Assembly: GCA_963695095.1 (NCBI GenBank)
Contig: CAVOFT010000001.1
Coordinates: 1,760,001 to 1,824,000, forward strand
Reading direction: 5' to 3'
DNA length: 64,000 nucleotides
Origin: an uncultured bacterium
Lineage (GTDB): Bacteria; Krumholzibacteriota; Krumholzibacteriia; JACNKJ01
The position numbers and the translations under genes are program-made. How positions within the stretch are numbered: the stretch's first letter is position 1; every line of letters starts with the position of its first letter. This document shows, piece by piece, positions 50,772 through 59,487 of the stretch. The notes below the pieces were generated by a model. The model did no database searches, was not told the DNA's origin, and saw nothing but the letters and a program-made list of their open reading frames with translations.

Positions 50772-51384
50772 GCCGAGCGCCGCGCGCGCGCTGGCCATGG
50801 CTCTCCGTGGCGCGCTGGCCGGTGGCGAGCCGGCGCCCGCCGACGCCGGCCTCCTGGATGCCGCCGTGCTCGTGCCCTTGCTCGATCTCGACGGTCGCCC
50901 GGCCCTGCTCTACCTGCGCCGCGCCCAGACCCTGCCCGATCACCCCGGGCAGGTGGCCTTCCCTGGCGGCCTGCGCGAAGCGGGCGACCGCGACCTCGCC
51001 GCGACGGCCCTGCGCGAGGCGGCCGAGGAGGTGGCGGTGGATCCGGCGGCCATCGAGCTGCTGGGGGCCTTGCCCCGCGTCAGCACGCTGGCGAAGTACA
51101 GCATCCAGCCCTGGCTCAGCCTCTGGCCGCCAGGCTGCTACGCGCCGGCCAGTCCGGCGGAAGTGGATCGCGTCTTCCAGGTGCCCCTGGCCTGGCTGGT
51201 GGATCCCGCCAGCAGCCGCGAGATCGAGATCGAGCTGCCCGAGCGGCGACTCAGCGCGCCGGCCTGGTGCTGGGATGGCGAAATCATCTGGGGAGCCACG
51301 AGGCGGATCACCCAGGAAGTGCTCCTGCGACTGCCGGCGAGCGGGCCCGGCTTTGGTCTTGAGAAAGGGCATGGCATGGACTAG
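50755..51384 (+). CDS. Nudix hydrolase, CoA pyrophosphatase (NudL-like)
   Basis: AAVLVPL, HPGQVAFPGG...ATALREAAEEV, EVDRVFQVPL, IWGAT. Confidence 0.9.
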   Translation: MPARPEPSAARALAMALRGALAGGEPAPADAGLLDAAVLVPLLDLDGRPALLYLRRAQTLPDHPGQVAFPGGLREAGDRDLAATALREAAEEVAVDPAAIELLGALPRVSTLAKYSIQPWLSLWPPGCYAPASPAEVDRVFQVPLAWLVDPASSREIEIELPERRLSAPAWCWDGEIIWGATRRITQEVLLRLPASGPGFGLEKGHGMD

Positions 51385-51387
51385 ACT
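51359..51387 (+). promoter_or_regulatory. sigma70-type promoter for acyl-CoA dehydrogenase-etfBA
   Basis: TTGAGA-17 nt-TAGACT overlapping the Nudix stop. Confidence 0.45.
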
Positions 51388-51441
51388 GCGGAGTCCGCAT
51401 TGCAATCGATTCAGGGGCCCTGGGCTAGACGGGATCCGCAC

Positions 51442-52584
51442 ATGGACTTCCAGCTCTCCGAACAGCATCGCATGATTCGCGATCTGGCCCGCGATTTTGC
51501 GCGCGGGGAGATCGAGCCCGTCGCGGCCCGCCTCGACGCGGAAAAGGCCTTTCCGCACGAGATCCTCAGCAAGGCGGCCGGCCTCGGGCTGATGGGCATC
51601 ACCGTGCCGGCCGAGTACGGCGGGGCCGGCCTGGACATGCTGGCCTACATCCTCGTACTGGAGGAGGTCGCCAAGGCCTGTGCCTCCACCTGCGTGATCC
51701 TGTCCGTGCACAACACCCTCGCCAACGGCAGCATCCTGCGCTTCGGCAACGACGCTCAGCGGCAGCGCTGGCTGCCGGATGCGGCCGCCGGGCGCACCCT
51801 GGGCGCCTACCTGCTCACGGAGCCGGGAGCGGGCAGCGACGCCGCCAACCTGAGCTGCCGCGCCGAGACGGTGCCGGGCGGCTGGCGCCTGCGCGGGAGC
51901 AAGGCCTTCATCTCGAACGGAGCCCAGGCCGACTTCGGCATCATCTACGCCGTCACCGATGCCGGGCAGGGCGCGCGGGCCATCAGCGCCTTCATCCTCG
52001 ACCTCCACGCCGAGGGCGTCCAGCGCGGGCCCGAGGAGCGGAAGATGGGCCTGAACGCCTCTTCCACCGTGATGGTGACGCTGGAAGACGCCTTCGTGCC
52101 CAGCGATGGGCTCCTGGGCGAGCTGGGCCAGGGTCTCAAGATCGCGCTCGCCATGCTGGACGCGGGCCGCATCGGTATCGCCGCCCAGAGCCTGGGCATC
52201 GCGGAGGCCGCGCTGGACGAGTCCCGCCGCTACGCCTCCGAGCGCGAGCAATTCGGCGCGCCGATCGCCAGCTTCCAGTCCATCCAGTGGCATTTGGTGG
52301 AGATGGCCCTGCAGGTGGAGGCCTCGCGGCTGCTCACCTATCGGGCCGCCGTGGAGTACGGCGCGGGCCGGCCGATCACCAAGGGTGCGGCCATGGCCAA
52401 GCTCTTCGCCAGCCGGGCGGCCGTGTTCTGCGCCGAGAAAGCGGTGCAGGTGCACGGCGGCTACGGCTACCTCAAGGATTTCAAGGTAGAGCGGCTGTTC
52501 CGGGACGCGCGGGTGCTGGAGATCTACGAGGGCACCACAGAGGTGCAGCACCTCGTGATCGCCCGGCAACTCGCCGCCGAGTGA
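51442..52584 (+). CDS. Acyl-CoA dehydrogenase (butyryl-CoA/short-chain type)
   Basis: MDFQLSEQH, LTEPGAGSDA, KAFISNG, GRIGIAAQ, REQFG, VQVHGGYGY, IYEGTTEVQ. Confidence 0.95.
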   Translation: MDFQLSEQHRMIRDLARDFARGEIEPVAARLDAEKAFPHEILSKAAGLGLMGITVPAEYGGAGLDMLAYILVLEEVAKACASTCVILSVHNTLANGSILRFGNDAQRQRWLPDAAAGRTLGAYLLTEPGAGSDAANLSCRAETVPGGWRLRGSKAFISNGAQADFGIIYAVTDAGQGARAISAFILDLHAEGVQRGPEERKMGLNASSTVMVTLEDAFVPSDGLLGELGQGLKIALAMLDAGRIGIAAQSLGIAEAALDESRRYASEREQFGAPIASFQSIQWHLVEMALQVEASRLLTYRAAVEYGAGRPITKGAAMAKLFASRAAVFCAEKAVQVHGGYGYLKDFKVERLFRDARVLEIYEGTTEVQHLVIARQLAAE

Positions 52585-52604
52585 TTCCAGGCGCAAGGAG
52601 GGGC

Positions 52605-53375
52605 ATGAAGATCGCGGTGATGGTGAAGCAAGTGGCCGATACTGCGGCCAAGATCGAACTCCTGCCGGACGCCAGCGCCGTCAAGCTGGCGGGCGTCCAG
52701 CTGGTGCTCAATCCCTATGACGAGTTCGCCGTGGAACAGGCCATCCGCGTGAAGGAAGCGGCCGGCGGCGAGGTGATCGTCTTCAACATCGGCCCCGCAT
52801 CGGCGGACGAGGCTGTGAAGACGGCCCTGGCCATGGGTTGCGATCGCGCCGTGATCCTGCGCGACGAGGCGGCGCTGAGTCTGGACGCTGCCGGCGTGGC
52901 GGCCGCGCTGGCGGCCATGATCGAGCGCGAGGGGGGCTGTGATCTGGTCTTCTGCGGCAAGCAGGCCACGGACGACGACAGCCACCAGGTGGGGCCGGCG
53001 GTCGCCGAACTGCTCGGCCTGCCCGCCGTCACCTTCATCACCGCTTTCGACCTGACCGGCAACGATGCCACGGTGGGGCGCGAGGCGGACGGTCAGCGGG
53101 AGACTCTCTGCGTGACGCTGCCGGCCCTCTTCAGCTGCCAGAAGGGGCTCAACGAGCCCCGCTACCCGAGCCTGCCCGGCATCATGCAGGCCGGCCGCAA
53201 GCCGCGGGTGACGCTGAGCCTCGCCGAGCTGGGCCTGAGTCCCAGCCCGCAAGTGTTGCGCCGTGCGCTCAGCGCGCCGCCCCCGCGGGCGGCGGGCAAG
53301 CTGATGGCGGGCGAGATCCCCGCTCAGGTCAAGCAGCTCGTCGAGCTGCTGCGCGGCGAAGCCAAGGCCGTCTAG
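52605..53375 (+). CDS. etfB: Electron transfer flavoprotein subunit beta
   Basis: MKIAVMVKQV, NPYDEFAVE, ALAMGCD, CGKQATDDD, NEPRYPSL. Confidence 0.95.
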   Translation: MKIAVMVKQVADTAAKIELLPDASAVKLAGVQLVLNPYDEFAVEQAIRVKEAAGGEVIVFNIGPASADEAVKTALAMGCDRAVILRDEAALSLDAAGVAAALAAMIEREGGCDLVFCGKQATDDDSHQVGPAVAELLGLPAVTFITAFDLTGNDATVGREADGQRETLCVTLPALFSCQKGLNEPRYPSLPGIMQAGRKPRVTLSLAELGLSPSPQVLRRALSAPPPRAAGKLMAGEIPAQVKQLVELLRGEAKAV

Positions 53376-53416
53376 GCCCCGACATTCCCGGACCCTCGAC
53401 GAGGAGGATAGCGACG

Positions 53417-54397
53417 ATGGCAGTGATCTGGGTCTACCTGGAAACCAAGGGGCAGGCGCTCAGCAAGGGCTCCCTGGAGGCGCTGGGCGAGGCGAGGCGG
53501 CAGGCCGACGCCACGGGCGGCAGCGTGACGGCCATGCTCATCGGCGCCGGCGTGGCGCCCCTGGCGGCGACGGCGGGCGCACAGGGCGCCGACCGCGTCA
53601 TCCTGGCGGAGGATGCGGCCTACGCCGACTTCAACCTGGAGATGCACACCCAGCTGGCCGGGCGAGCGCTCGCCGGCGGCGAGGCCGAGCTGCTGCTGAT
53701 GACGGTCAGTACGCACACGCGGGAGCTGGCTGCCCGCCTGGCCGCCCAGCTCGGCACGGGCCTGGCCGCCGATTGCGTGGAGCTGATTCGCGAGGGCGAC
53801 ACGCTGCTCTTCAAGCGCCCCATCTACGCCGGCAAGGCCTTCGAGACGATCGCGCTGTCCGGCAAGCCTGCCATCGCCACCCTGCGGCCCAACAACTTCG
53901 CGGCCATGGCCCCGGAGCCCGGCCGGCAGGCGGCCGTGCAGCCGCTGGCGGGGACCCTGGATCCCGCCGGCCTGCGTCTGGTCGTGAAGGAGGCCGTGGC
54001 CGCCGCGGCCGACCGCGTGCCGCTCGCCGAGGCGAGCATCATCGTTTCGGGCGGCCGGGGCGTGAAGGGCCCTGAGCACTTCGCCCTCATCGAGGGCCTG
54101 GCCGCGGTGCTGGGGGCCGCCGTCGGCGCCAGCCGGGCGGTCGTGGACGCGGGCTGGCGCCCGCATGCGGAGCAGGTCGGTCAGACGGGCAAGACCGTCA
54201 GCCCCGTGCTCTACATCGCCTGCGGCATCTCGGGGGCCATCCAGCATCTGGCCGGCATGAGCTCGAGCCGCTTCATCGTCGCCATCAACAAGGATCCGGA
54301 AGCGCCGATCTTCAAGGTGGCCGACTATGGCATCGTGGGGGACCTCTTCGAGGTGCTGCCGCTCTTGACCGAGGAGTTCAAGCGAGTGCTCAGCTGA
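53417..54397 (+). CDS. etfA: Electron transfer flavoprotein subunit alpha
   Basis: [55 protein letters not shown]. Confidence 0.96.
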   Translation: MAVIWVYLETKGQALSKGSLEALGEARRQADATGGSVTAMLIGAGVAPLAATAGAQGADRVILAEDAAYADFNLEMHTQLAGRALAGGEAELLLMTVSTHTRELAARLAAQLGTGLAADCVELIREGDTLLFKRPIYAGKAFETIALSGKPAIATLRPNNFAAMAPEPGRQAAVQPLAGTLDPAGLRLVVKEAVAAAADRVPLAEASIIVSGGRGVKGPEHFALIEGLAAVLGAAVGASRAVVDAGWRPHAEQVGQTGKTVSPVLYIACGISGAIQHLAGMSSSRFIVAINKDPEAPIFKVADYGIVGDLFEVLPLLTEEFKRVLS

Positions 54398-54481
54398 TCG
54401 CCGCCGGCCGGCGCCGCCATCCAGGTCCATGATCAATCGCGACCGGCGGCCTGGGCAGCGGATCGGAGAGGGCAGTGCCCG

Positions 54482-54616
54482 CAAGGAAAACGGGATGACC
54501 TTTTGGCCACCCCGTCTTCCTTGAGAGCAATCCCTATACCTAAAGAGAGAAAGGCAATGGCATAAGCCTTTCAGATGCCGCCATTTAAGTCCACGGGGGG
54601 CTTGCCTGACGACATC
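54482..54616 (-). ncRNA. Candidate structured small RNA (unassigned family)
   Basis: Own promoter on the minus strand; stems GAUGUCGUCA/UGGCGGCAUC, GAAAGGC/GCCUUUC and a 19-bp terminal hairpin whose G-U pairs form only on the minus strand. Confidence 0.5.
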
Positions 54617-54619
54617 GGG

Positions 54620-54648
54620 ATACTAGCACAAGGTCTGCGGGCGTGCAA
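54620..54648 (-). promoter_or_regulatory. sigma70-type promoter of the candidate sRNA
   Basis: TTGCAC (54648-54643), 17-nt spacer, TGn-TAGTAT (54625-54620). Confidence 0.5.
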
Positions 54649-54732
54649 GCGGCGCCACGGCCTTTTGACAGGACTCACGGAAAATCGCCTAACAGATTGC
54701 TAATACATAAGTTACAAGGTGGTAACGGGTCG

Positions 54733-55710
54733 ATGAAGCGGGTCTTCAGTGGCATCCAACCCTCGGGAGAGCCGCACCTGGGCAACTACGCGGGCGCCCT
54801 CCTCAACTGGGTGCGGCTGCAAGCTGAGTACGAGTGCATCTACTGCGTCGTCGACTATCACGCGATCACGCAGAGCTACGAGACAGCGGCGCTGGCGCCG
54901 CGCACCCTCGACATGGCGACGGCGATCCTCGCCGCGGGCGTCGATCCCGAACGGGCGACGCTCTTCGTGCAGTCGGCAGTGCCCGAGCACACCGAGCTGG
55001 CCTGGCTGCTGAACTGCGTGACGCCCCTGGGCGAGCTGGAGCGCATGACGCAGTTCAAGGACAAGGCGGCCCGCGACCGCAAGAACATCAACGTGGGGCT
55101 GCTGGCCTACCCGGTGCTGCAGGCGGCCGACATCGCCCTCTATCGCGGCGAGCTGGTGCCGGTGGGCGAAGACCAGGTGCAGCACCTCGAGCTGGCCCGG
55201 GAGATCGTCCGCCGCTTCAACGCCCGCTTCGGCGAGGTCTTTCCCGAACCGCAGCCCCTGCTCACGACGGCCAAGCGCATCCTGGGCCTGGACGGCCAGG
55301 CCAAGATGAGCAAGAGCCTGGGCAACACGCTCGCCATGCTGGCCGACGCCGAGGAGATCTGGGCGAAGCTGCGGCCGGCGGTGACCGACGTGCGCCGCGT
55401 CCGGCTCAGCGACCCGGGCGAGCCCGAGGACTGCAACATCTTCACGATGCACAAGGCCTTCACGGGCGAGGAGCGGCGCGCGGAACTGGCCGCCGGCTGC
55501 CGGGGCGCGACGATCGGCTGCATCGAGTGCAAGCGGGTGCTGGCGGACAATCTCGATGCCGAGCTGGCGCCCGTGCGCGAGCGCTATCTCAGCCTCAGCG
55601 CGCATCCCGAGCGGGTGCGAGAAGTGCTCGCGGCGGGCGCTGCGCGCTGCCGGGGCATCGCCCGCGAGGTGCTGGGCCAGGCACGGGCGGCCATGGGGCT
55701 CCTGGGCTGA
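54733..55710 (+). CDS. trpS: Tryptophan--tRNA ligase
   Basis: FSGIQPSGEPHLGNY, YPVLQAADI, VPVGEDQVQHLE, KMSKS, CIECK. Confidence 0.97.
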   Translation: MKRVFSGIQPSGEPHLGNYAGALLNWVRLQAEYECIYCVVDYHAITQSYETAALAPRTLDMATAILAAGVDPERATLFVQSAVPEHTELAWLLNCVTPLGELERMTQFKDKAARDRKNINVGLLAYPVLQAADIALYRGELVPVGEDQVQHLELAREIVRRFNARFGEVFPEPQPLLTTAKRILGLDGQAKMSKSLGNTLAMLADAEEIWAKLRPAVTDVRRVRLSDPGEPEDCNIFTMHKAFTGEERRAELAAGCRGATIGCIECKRVLADNLDAELAPVRERYLSLSAHPERVREVLAAGAARCRGIAREVLGQARAAMGLLG

Positions 55711-55714
55711 GCCG

Positions 55715-56635
55715 CTAGCGCCCCGCCTGATCCCTGAGGAGGGTGACGCGCAGCAGGCCGTCGCGCCCCGGGGGATTGCCCTTGAAGCTGAGTCCCTCGT
55801 ACGCGATCTGGCCGTCGGCGAGCAGCAGGCGTTCCTCCAGGCGATCCGCGAGCCACTGGGCCCGCGCCGCCGCGAGCGGGGCGCTCTCCGCGTAGGACTC
55901 CACTCGGATCGCGCGGTCGGGCGCGCTCAGGATCTCCCGCAGCAGGCGGTCGATGCGCCCCTCCGCCTCGGGCAAGGGGCGGGCTTCCCGGGTGATGAAG
56001 AACTCCGCGGCCGCCGCCTCCAGGCGGAGGTTCTTGCCCTCGCTGTAGGCCAGGGTGGGCAGGACGAAGGTGCTGCCCGCGTACTGGTAGCGGTTGGTGC
56101 CCGAATCCTCGATCGTGAAGAGGAAGGAATAGGGGAAGCCGGGCCGGAGCATCTCGCCGTGATCGCTGCGGCCGTCCCAGGCGAGTTCCAGCGGCGGCAT
56201 CCCGTCGCCGTCCAGGCGCCGGAAGCTCTCGCCGCGATAGTCCGTGATCTCCAGCCGCCAGTGCCTCACGTCCGCGCCGACCGCAAATCCCGTGCGGAAG
56301 GTGGTCACCGGCGCCCGCGTCACCGCGCGGCTGCCGAAGTCGGGGATCACCGGGCAGTCGACGCGCTCGCTGTCGAAGAGATAGGGGTTGAAGCTCTCCA
56401 GGGGCGCGTACTCGAAGAGGAGCTGCTCCACCTCGGTGCTGCCATCGTCGAGTTCCTCCGGCCGGGGGTGGAAGTCCAGCTCGGTCTTTTCCACCTGGAG
56501 GCGGAACTCGTTATCGTCGACGACCTCGAGTTGCTGGATGGCCGCGGGCGGCGGCGCGGACTCAGCCGCTGCGGCGGCCAGGGGCGTCGCCAGCAATCCC
56601 AGGACGGAGACGATCAGCGCGAGGGGCGATTTCAT
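55715..56635 (-). CDS. Exported protein with FlgD-like Ig domain and degenerate OmpA-like C-terminal domain
   Basis: Signal peptide; WRLEITDYRGE...LAWDGRSDHGE; C-term FFITREARPLPEA...IRVESYA...LAAARAQWLADRL. Confidence 0.6.
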   Translation of the reverse strand: MKSPLALIVSVLGLLATPLAAAAAESAPPPAAIQQLEVVDDNEFRLQVEKTELDFHPRPEELDDGSTEVEQLLFEYAPLESFNPYLFDSERVDCPVIPDFGSRAVTRAPVTTFRTGFAVGADVRHWRLEITDYRGESFRRLDGDGMPPLELAWDGRSDHGEMLRPGFPYSFLFTIEDSGTNRYQYAGSTFVLPTLAYSEGKNLRLEAAAAEFFITREARPLPEAEGRIDRLLREILSAPDRAIRVESYAESAPLAAARAQWLADRLEERLLLADGQIAYEGLSFKGNPPGRDGLLRVTLLRDQAGR

Positions 56636-56652
56636 GTGGGCCTCCACGGGCA

Positions 56653-57993
56653 TCAGCGCAGTCGGAAGACGATGGTGAGCACTCCCCACTGCTCGGCGGA
56701 GTTGCCCGCCGGCAGGGGACTGAAACGCCAGTCGGCCAGGCAGCGCTTGGCCGCCTCGTCGAGCACCTGGTGGGGGCTCGCCTGCTCGACGAACACCTTC
56801 TTGATGCTGCCGTCCGGCAGCACGGTGAAGTAGATGCTGACCGTGCCCAGCCAGCCCTGTTGCTTCGCGGCGGCCGGATACGCGGGCGCCCGCGAGCTCA
56901 GGATGTCGCGGCCCAGGATGGGCCCGCTCAGGGTCATCGAGACGCCCTTGTCGGCCTGCCCGCCGGCGGCGGCCTCGGCGGGCGCAGCCGCCGCGGCGCT
57001 CGTCGGCCGCTCGGGCTCGATACTGCGGGCGATGGCCGGGGCCGGACGCGGCTCGCTCTCGAGGCGCTTCGCCAGCGGGCCGGCGCGAGTGACTGCATCC
57101 GCACCGCCCCGGGAGATGAGGCCCGTGCCGCGGCCGGGCTCGGCGGCCCCGGCCCCGGCCAGCGCGTCGTCGCCCAGGCCGCTCGCGCCGGAGCCGACCT
57201 GCAGCGAGGCGAGGGCGGTCAGGCGCTCCCGACTGCCGTCCTTGGCGACCAGATTGCCGCGCGGCAGCTCGCCGCGATAGGCCTCCTTGCCCTCCGCGAG
57301 CGTGCCACCCACGAGATCGGGGTGGCCGCCGGCCAGTCCGCCCGCGGGCACGGCCAGCGTGAGGGCAGCGCCGGCGAGCGCGGGCCCCTCGCCGCCCTCG
57401 ACCTTGAAGAGGGCCTCATCGCCCAGGCGGGCGCTGCGCCCGACGAGCATCTGCCCCTTGAGGTTCACGTCCTCGGCGCCCATCATCACCCGGCGGGGGT
57501 TGTCGGTGAGGCCGGCGCTGAGCAGCAGCTGATCCTCGCGCAGGCGGGGGACGGCGGGGCCGTCGGTCCGGCGCTGGCGAGACTTGAGGGCCTGCGCCGC
57601 GAAGGGGTTCGTGGCATCGCGCGGCGCCGGCAGCGGCGGCGGCACCGCGCTCAGCGCGGGCGTCGCCGGCTGGGCCTGCGGCTCGCCCTTGGCGAAGAGC
57701 GAGCCCTCGAGCGCCGGCGGCTCCTGCTTGGCGGGTATCGCGTCGGGAGGGGCCAGCTTCTCGGGCGCGAGGCTGACCTGCTTCGCGACGGCTTCGCCGT
57801 AGCGGGCCTCGATGTAGGAGATCTCCGTCAGCTTCCGCGTCTCCGCGAGCTGCCGGGCGCCGAGGCCGCCCAGCAGGAGGAAGAGCAGCAGGTGCAGCCC
57901 CGCCGACAGGACGAAGCCGAGATTGGTGTCGGAAGCCAGGCGACGGCGCCAGGGGCGCGGCGGCCGGCCCTTCTGCGGGGGGTTCAGGCTCAC
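56653..57993 (-). CDS. TonB family protein
   Basis: TM with SAGLHLLL (SHLS-like), long Pro/Ala/Gly linker, PAYPAAAKQQGWLGTV...LDEAAKRCLADWRFSP. Confidence 0.88.
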   Translation of the reverse strand: MSLNPPQKGRPPRPWRRRLASDTNLGFVLSAGLHLLLFLLLGGLGARQLAETRKLTEISYIEARYGEAVAKQVSLAPEKLAPPDAIPAKQEPPALEGSLFAKGEPQAQPATPALSAVPPPLPAPRDATNPFAAQALKSRQRRTDGPAVPRLREDQLLLSAGLTDNPRRVMMGAEDVNLKGQMLVGRSARLGDEALFKVEGGEGPALAGAALTLAVPAGGLAGGHPDLVGGTLAEGKEAYRGELPRGNLVAKDGSRERLTALASLQVGSGASGLGDDALAGAGAAEPGRGTGLISRGGADAVTRAGPLAKRLESEPRPAPAIARSIEPERPTSAAAAAPAEAAAGGQADKGVSMTLSGPILGRDILSSRAPAYPAAAKQQGWLGTVSIYFTVLPDGSIKKVFVEQASPHQVLDEAAKRCLADWRFSPLPAGNSAEQWGVLTIVFRLR

Positions 57994-58406
57994 GGCGTGG
58001 CCTCTCCCTTCTTCTGTTCGGTGGCCAGGGCGATGCGCGGCGCCCCGGCGCGCTGCACGGCGGCCAGCAGGAGCTCGATGTCGCCGTAGGCAATGCCCTC
58101 ATCGGCCTTGATCACGGCCATGCTGCTCGGCTGGCGGGCGAAGATGGCGGACAGCCTCGGTTCGAGCTGATCCAGCGTGACCGGCATCTCGTCCACGGCC
58201 AGGCTGCCGTCCCGGGCGAAGACCACCTCCACCTTGTCCTGGTCCTCGGTTTCGGTGGCGGCGGCGTCGGGCAGATCGACATCCGTCTCGCTGCGGTTGA
58301 GGAAGGGGCTGATCACCATCAGGGTCAGGACCACGACCAGGGCGACGTTGATGATCGGCACGACGTCCGCCTTCGGCGCGGGCAGACCGGAGGATTGTCT
58401 GCGCAT
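57990..58406 (-). CDS. ExbD/TolR family protein (conserved TM Asp replaced by Asn)
   Basis: DVVPIINVALVVVLTLMV, VDLPDA, IKADEGIAYG...AGAPRIALAT. Confidence 0.88.
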   Translation of the reverse strand: MRRQSSGLPAPKADVVPIINVALVVVLTLMVISPFLNRSETDVDLPDAAATETEDQDKVEVVFARDGSLAVDEMPVTLDQLEPRLSAIFARQPSSMAVIKADEGIAYGDIELLLAAVQRAGAPRIALATEQKKGEATP

Positions 58407-58408
58407 GG

Positions 58409-58837
58409 CTACTGCTCCTTCGCGCGACCCAGCAGGGCGAGGCCTTCGGCCCCGTTCTGCTTGAGGATGTCCATCACCGTGACCACGTTGCCCAGGCGCA
58501 CCTCCGGCTCGGGCACGATGATCACGGTGCGATCGTTGCTGGACGCCAGACGCGTGCGTGTCAGGTCCGCCAGCTCCGTGAGATTCACCAGCCGTCCATC
58601 GACCTGGATGCTCTCGGCCGTGACCAGCACGGTGAGCTTGTCGACGGCGCTGTTCTCCTTGCGGGTGACTTCCGACGTCGTCGCCGCCCGCGTGGCGTTG
58701 ACCTGGATGCCCGACCACAGCAGGGCCGGCATGGTCATCAGAAAGACGACAATCAGCGTGGTCACCACATCCGCGAGGGGAACGATGTTCGCCTCGGCGA
58801 TGCTGTCCAGTCGAGCGCGGCGCGTGCGGGCCATCAC
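58409..58837 (-). CDS. ExbD/TolR family protein
   Basis: NIVPLADVVTTLIVVFLM (TM Asp intact), GNVVTVMDILKQNG. Confidence 0.9.
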   Translation of the reverse strand: MMARTRRARLDSIAEANIVPLADVVTTLIVVFLMTMPALLWSGIQVNATRAATTSEVTRKENSAVDKLTVLVTAESIQVDGRLVNLTELADLTRTRLASSNDRTVIIVPEPEVRLGNVVTVMDILKQNGAEGLALLGRAKEQ

Positions 58838-59460
58838 TCCACCGGCCGGCTGTTGACGTACTTCCAGAACTCGTTGCGCGCGTCGTCAGCGTCCATGGCC
58901 CGCACGCGGATGCTGCGCGTGAAGGCGTTGTAGCAGATGGTGGCGATGACGGCGACCACGATGCCGGCCGCTGTCGTCAGCAGGGCCTCGGAGACGCCCA
59001 TCGCGATCACCGACGAGCCGCCGCTGCCCGTGACGGCGATGTCGCGGAAGGCGCGGATGATGCCGATCACCGTGCCGAAGAGCCCGAGCAGGGGCGCGAT
59101 GTTCGCCAGCGTGCCCAGCACGACGAGGTGCTTCTCCAGCTTGAGCTGCTCCTTCTCGATCTCCGTGTCCATGATCTGGTCGACCTGCTCACGGCCGGCG
59201 CTGAGATTCTCCACCGCGGCGCTCATGATGCGGCCGAGCGAGCCGCCGCCCTTCTCGCAGTAGCGCGCGAACTCGCCGAGCTGGTTGCGCGAAAGGTGCT
59301 TGCGCATGGCGGCCTTGAATTCGCGGGTCGAGTAGCGCGTGCGCAGAAAGTAGATCCAGCGCTCGAAGGCAAAAGTGACCACGACGATGCTGCAGGCGAT
59401 CAGCACCAGCATCGTCTGGCTCTTGAAGAACATCGCCATCATGTTGTTGTCCGAGAGCAT
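58834..59460 (-). CDS. MotA/TolQ/ExbB proton channel family protein
   Basis: LGTLANIAPLLGLFGTVIGIIRAF, GVSEALLTTAAGIVVA; ATG 59460 after AAGGAG. Confidence 0.93.
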   Translation of the reverse strand: MLSDNNMMAMFFKSQTMLVLIACSIVVVTFAFERWIYFLRTRYSTREFKAAMRKHLSRNQLGEFARYCEKGGGSLGRIMSAAVENLSAGREQVDQIMDTEIEKEQLKLEKHLVVLGTLANIAPLLGLFGTVIGIIRAFRDIAVTGSGGSSVIAMGVSEALLTTAAGIVVAVIATICYNAFTRSIRVRAMDADDARNEFWKYVNSRPVE

Positions 59461-59487
59461 TCCCACTCCTTTGCGGATCCGTCCGGG

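Noticed and set aside
51442..54397. Electron-bifurcating Bcd-EtfAB complex
   Set aside because: EtfA has RPIYAG, typical of canonical ETFs, rather than the RPAFGG-type motif I associate with bifurcating ETFs; nothing else supports it
54540..54732. T-box riboswitch upstream of trpS (AGAGA plus stem; AAGGTGGTAACGGG resembles the T-box)
   Set aside because: No Stem I with a UGG specifier or GNUG distal loop and no terminator after the motif; the GGTGG sits at SD distance from the ATG; G-U pairing favours the opposite strand
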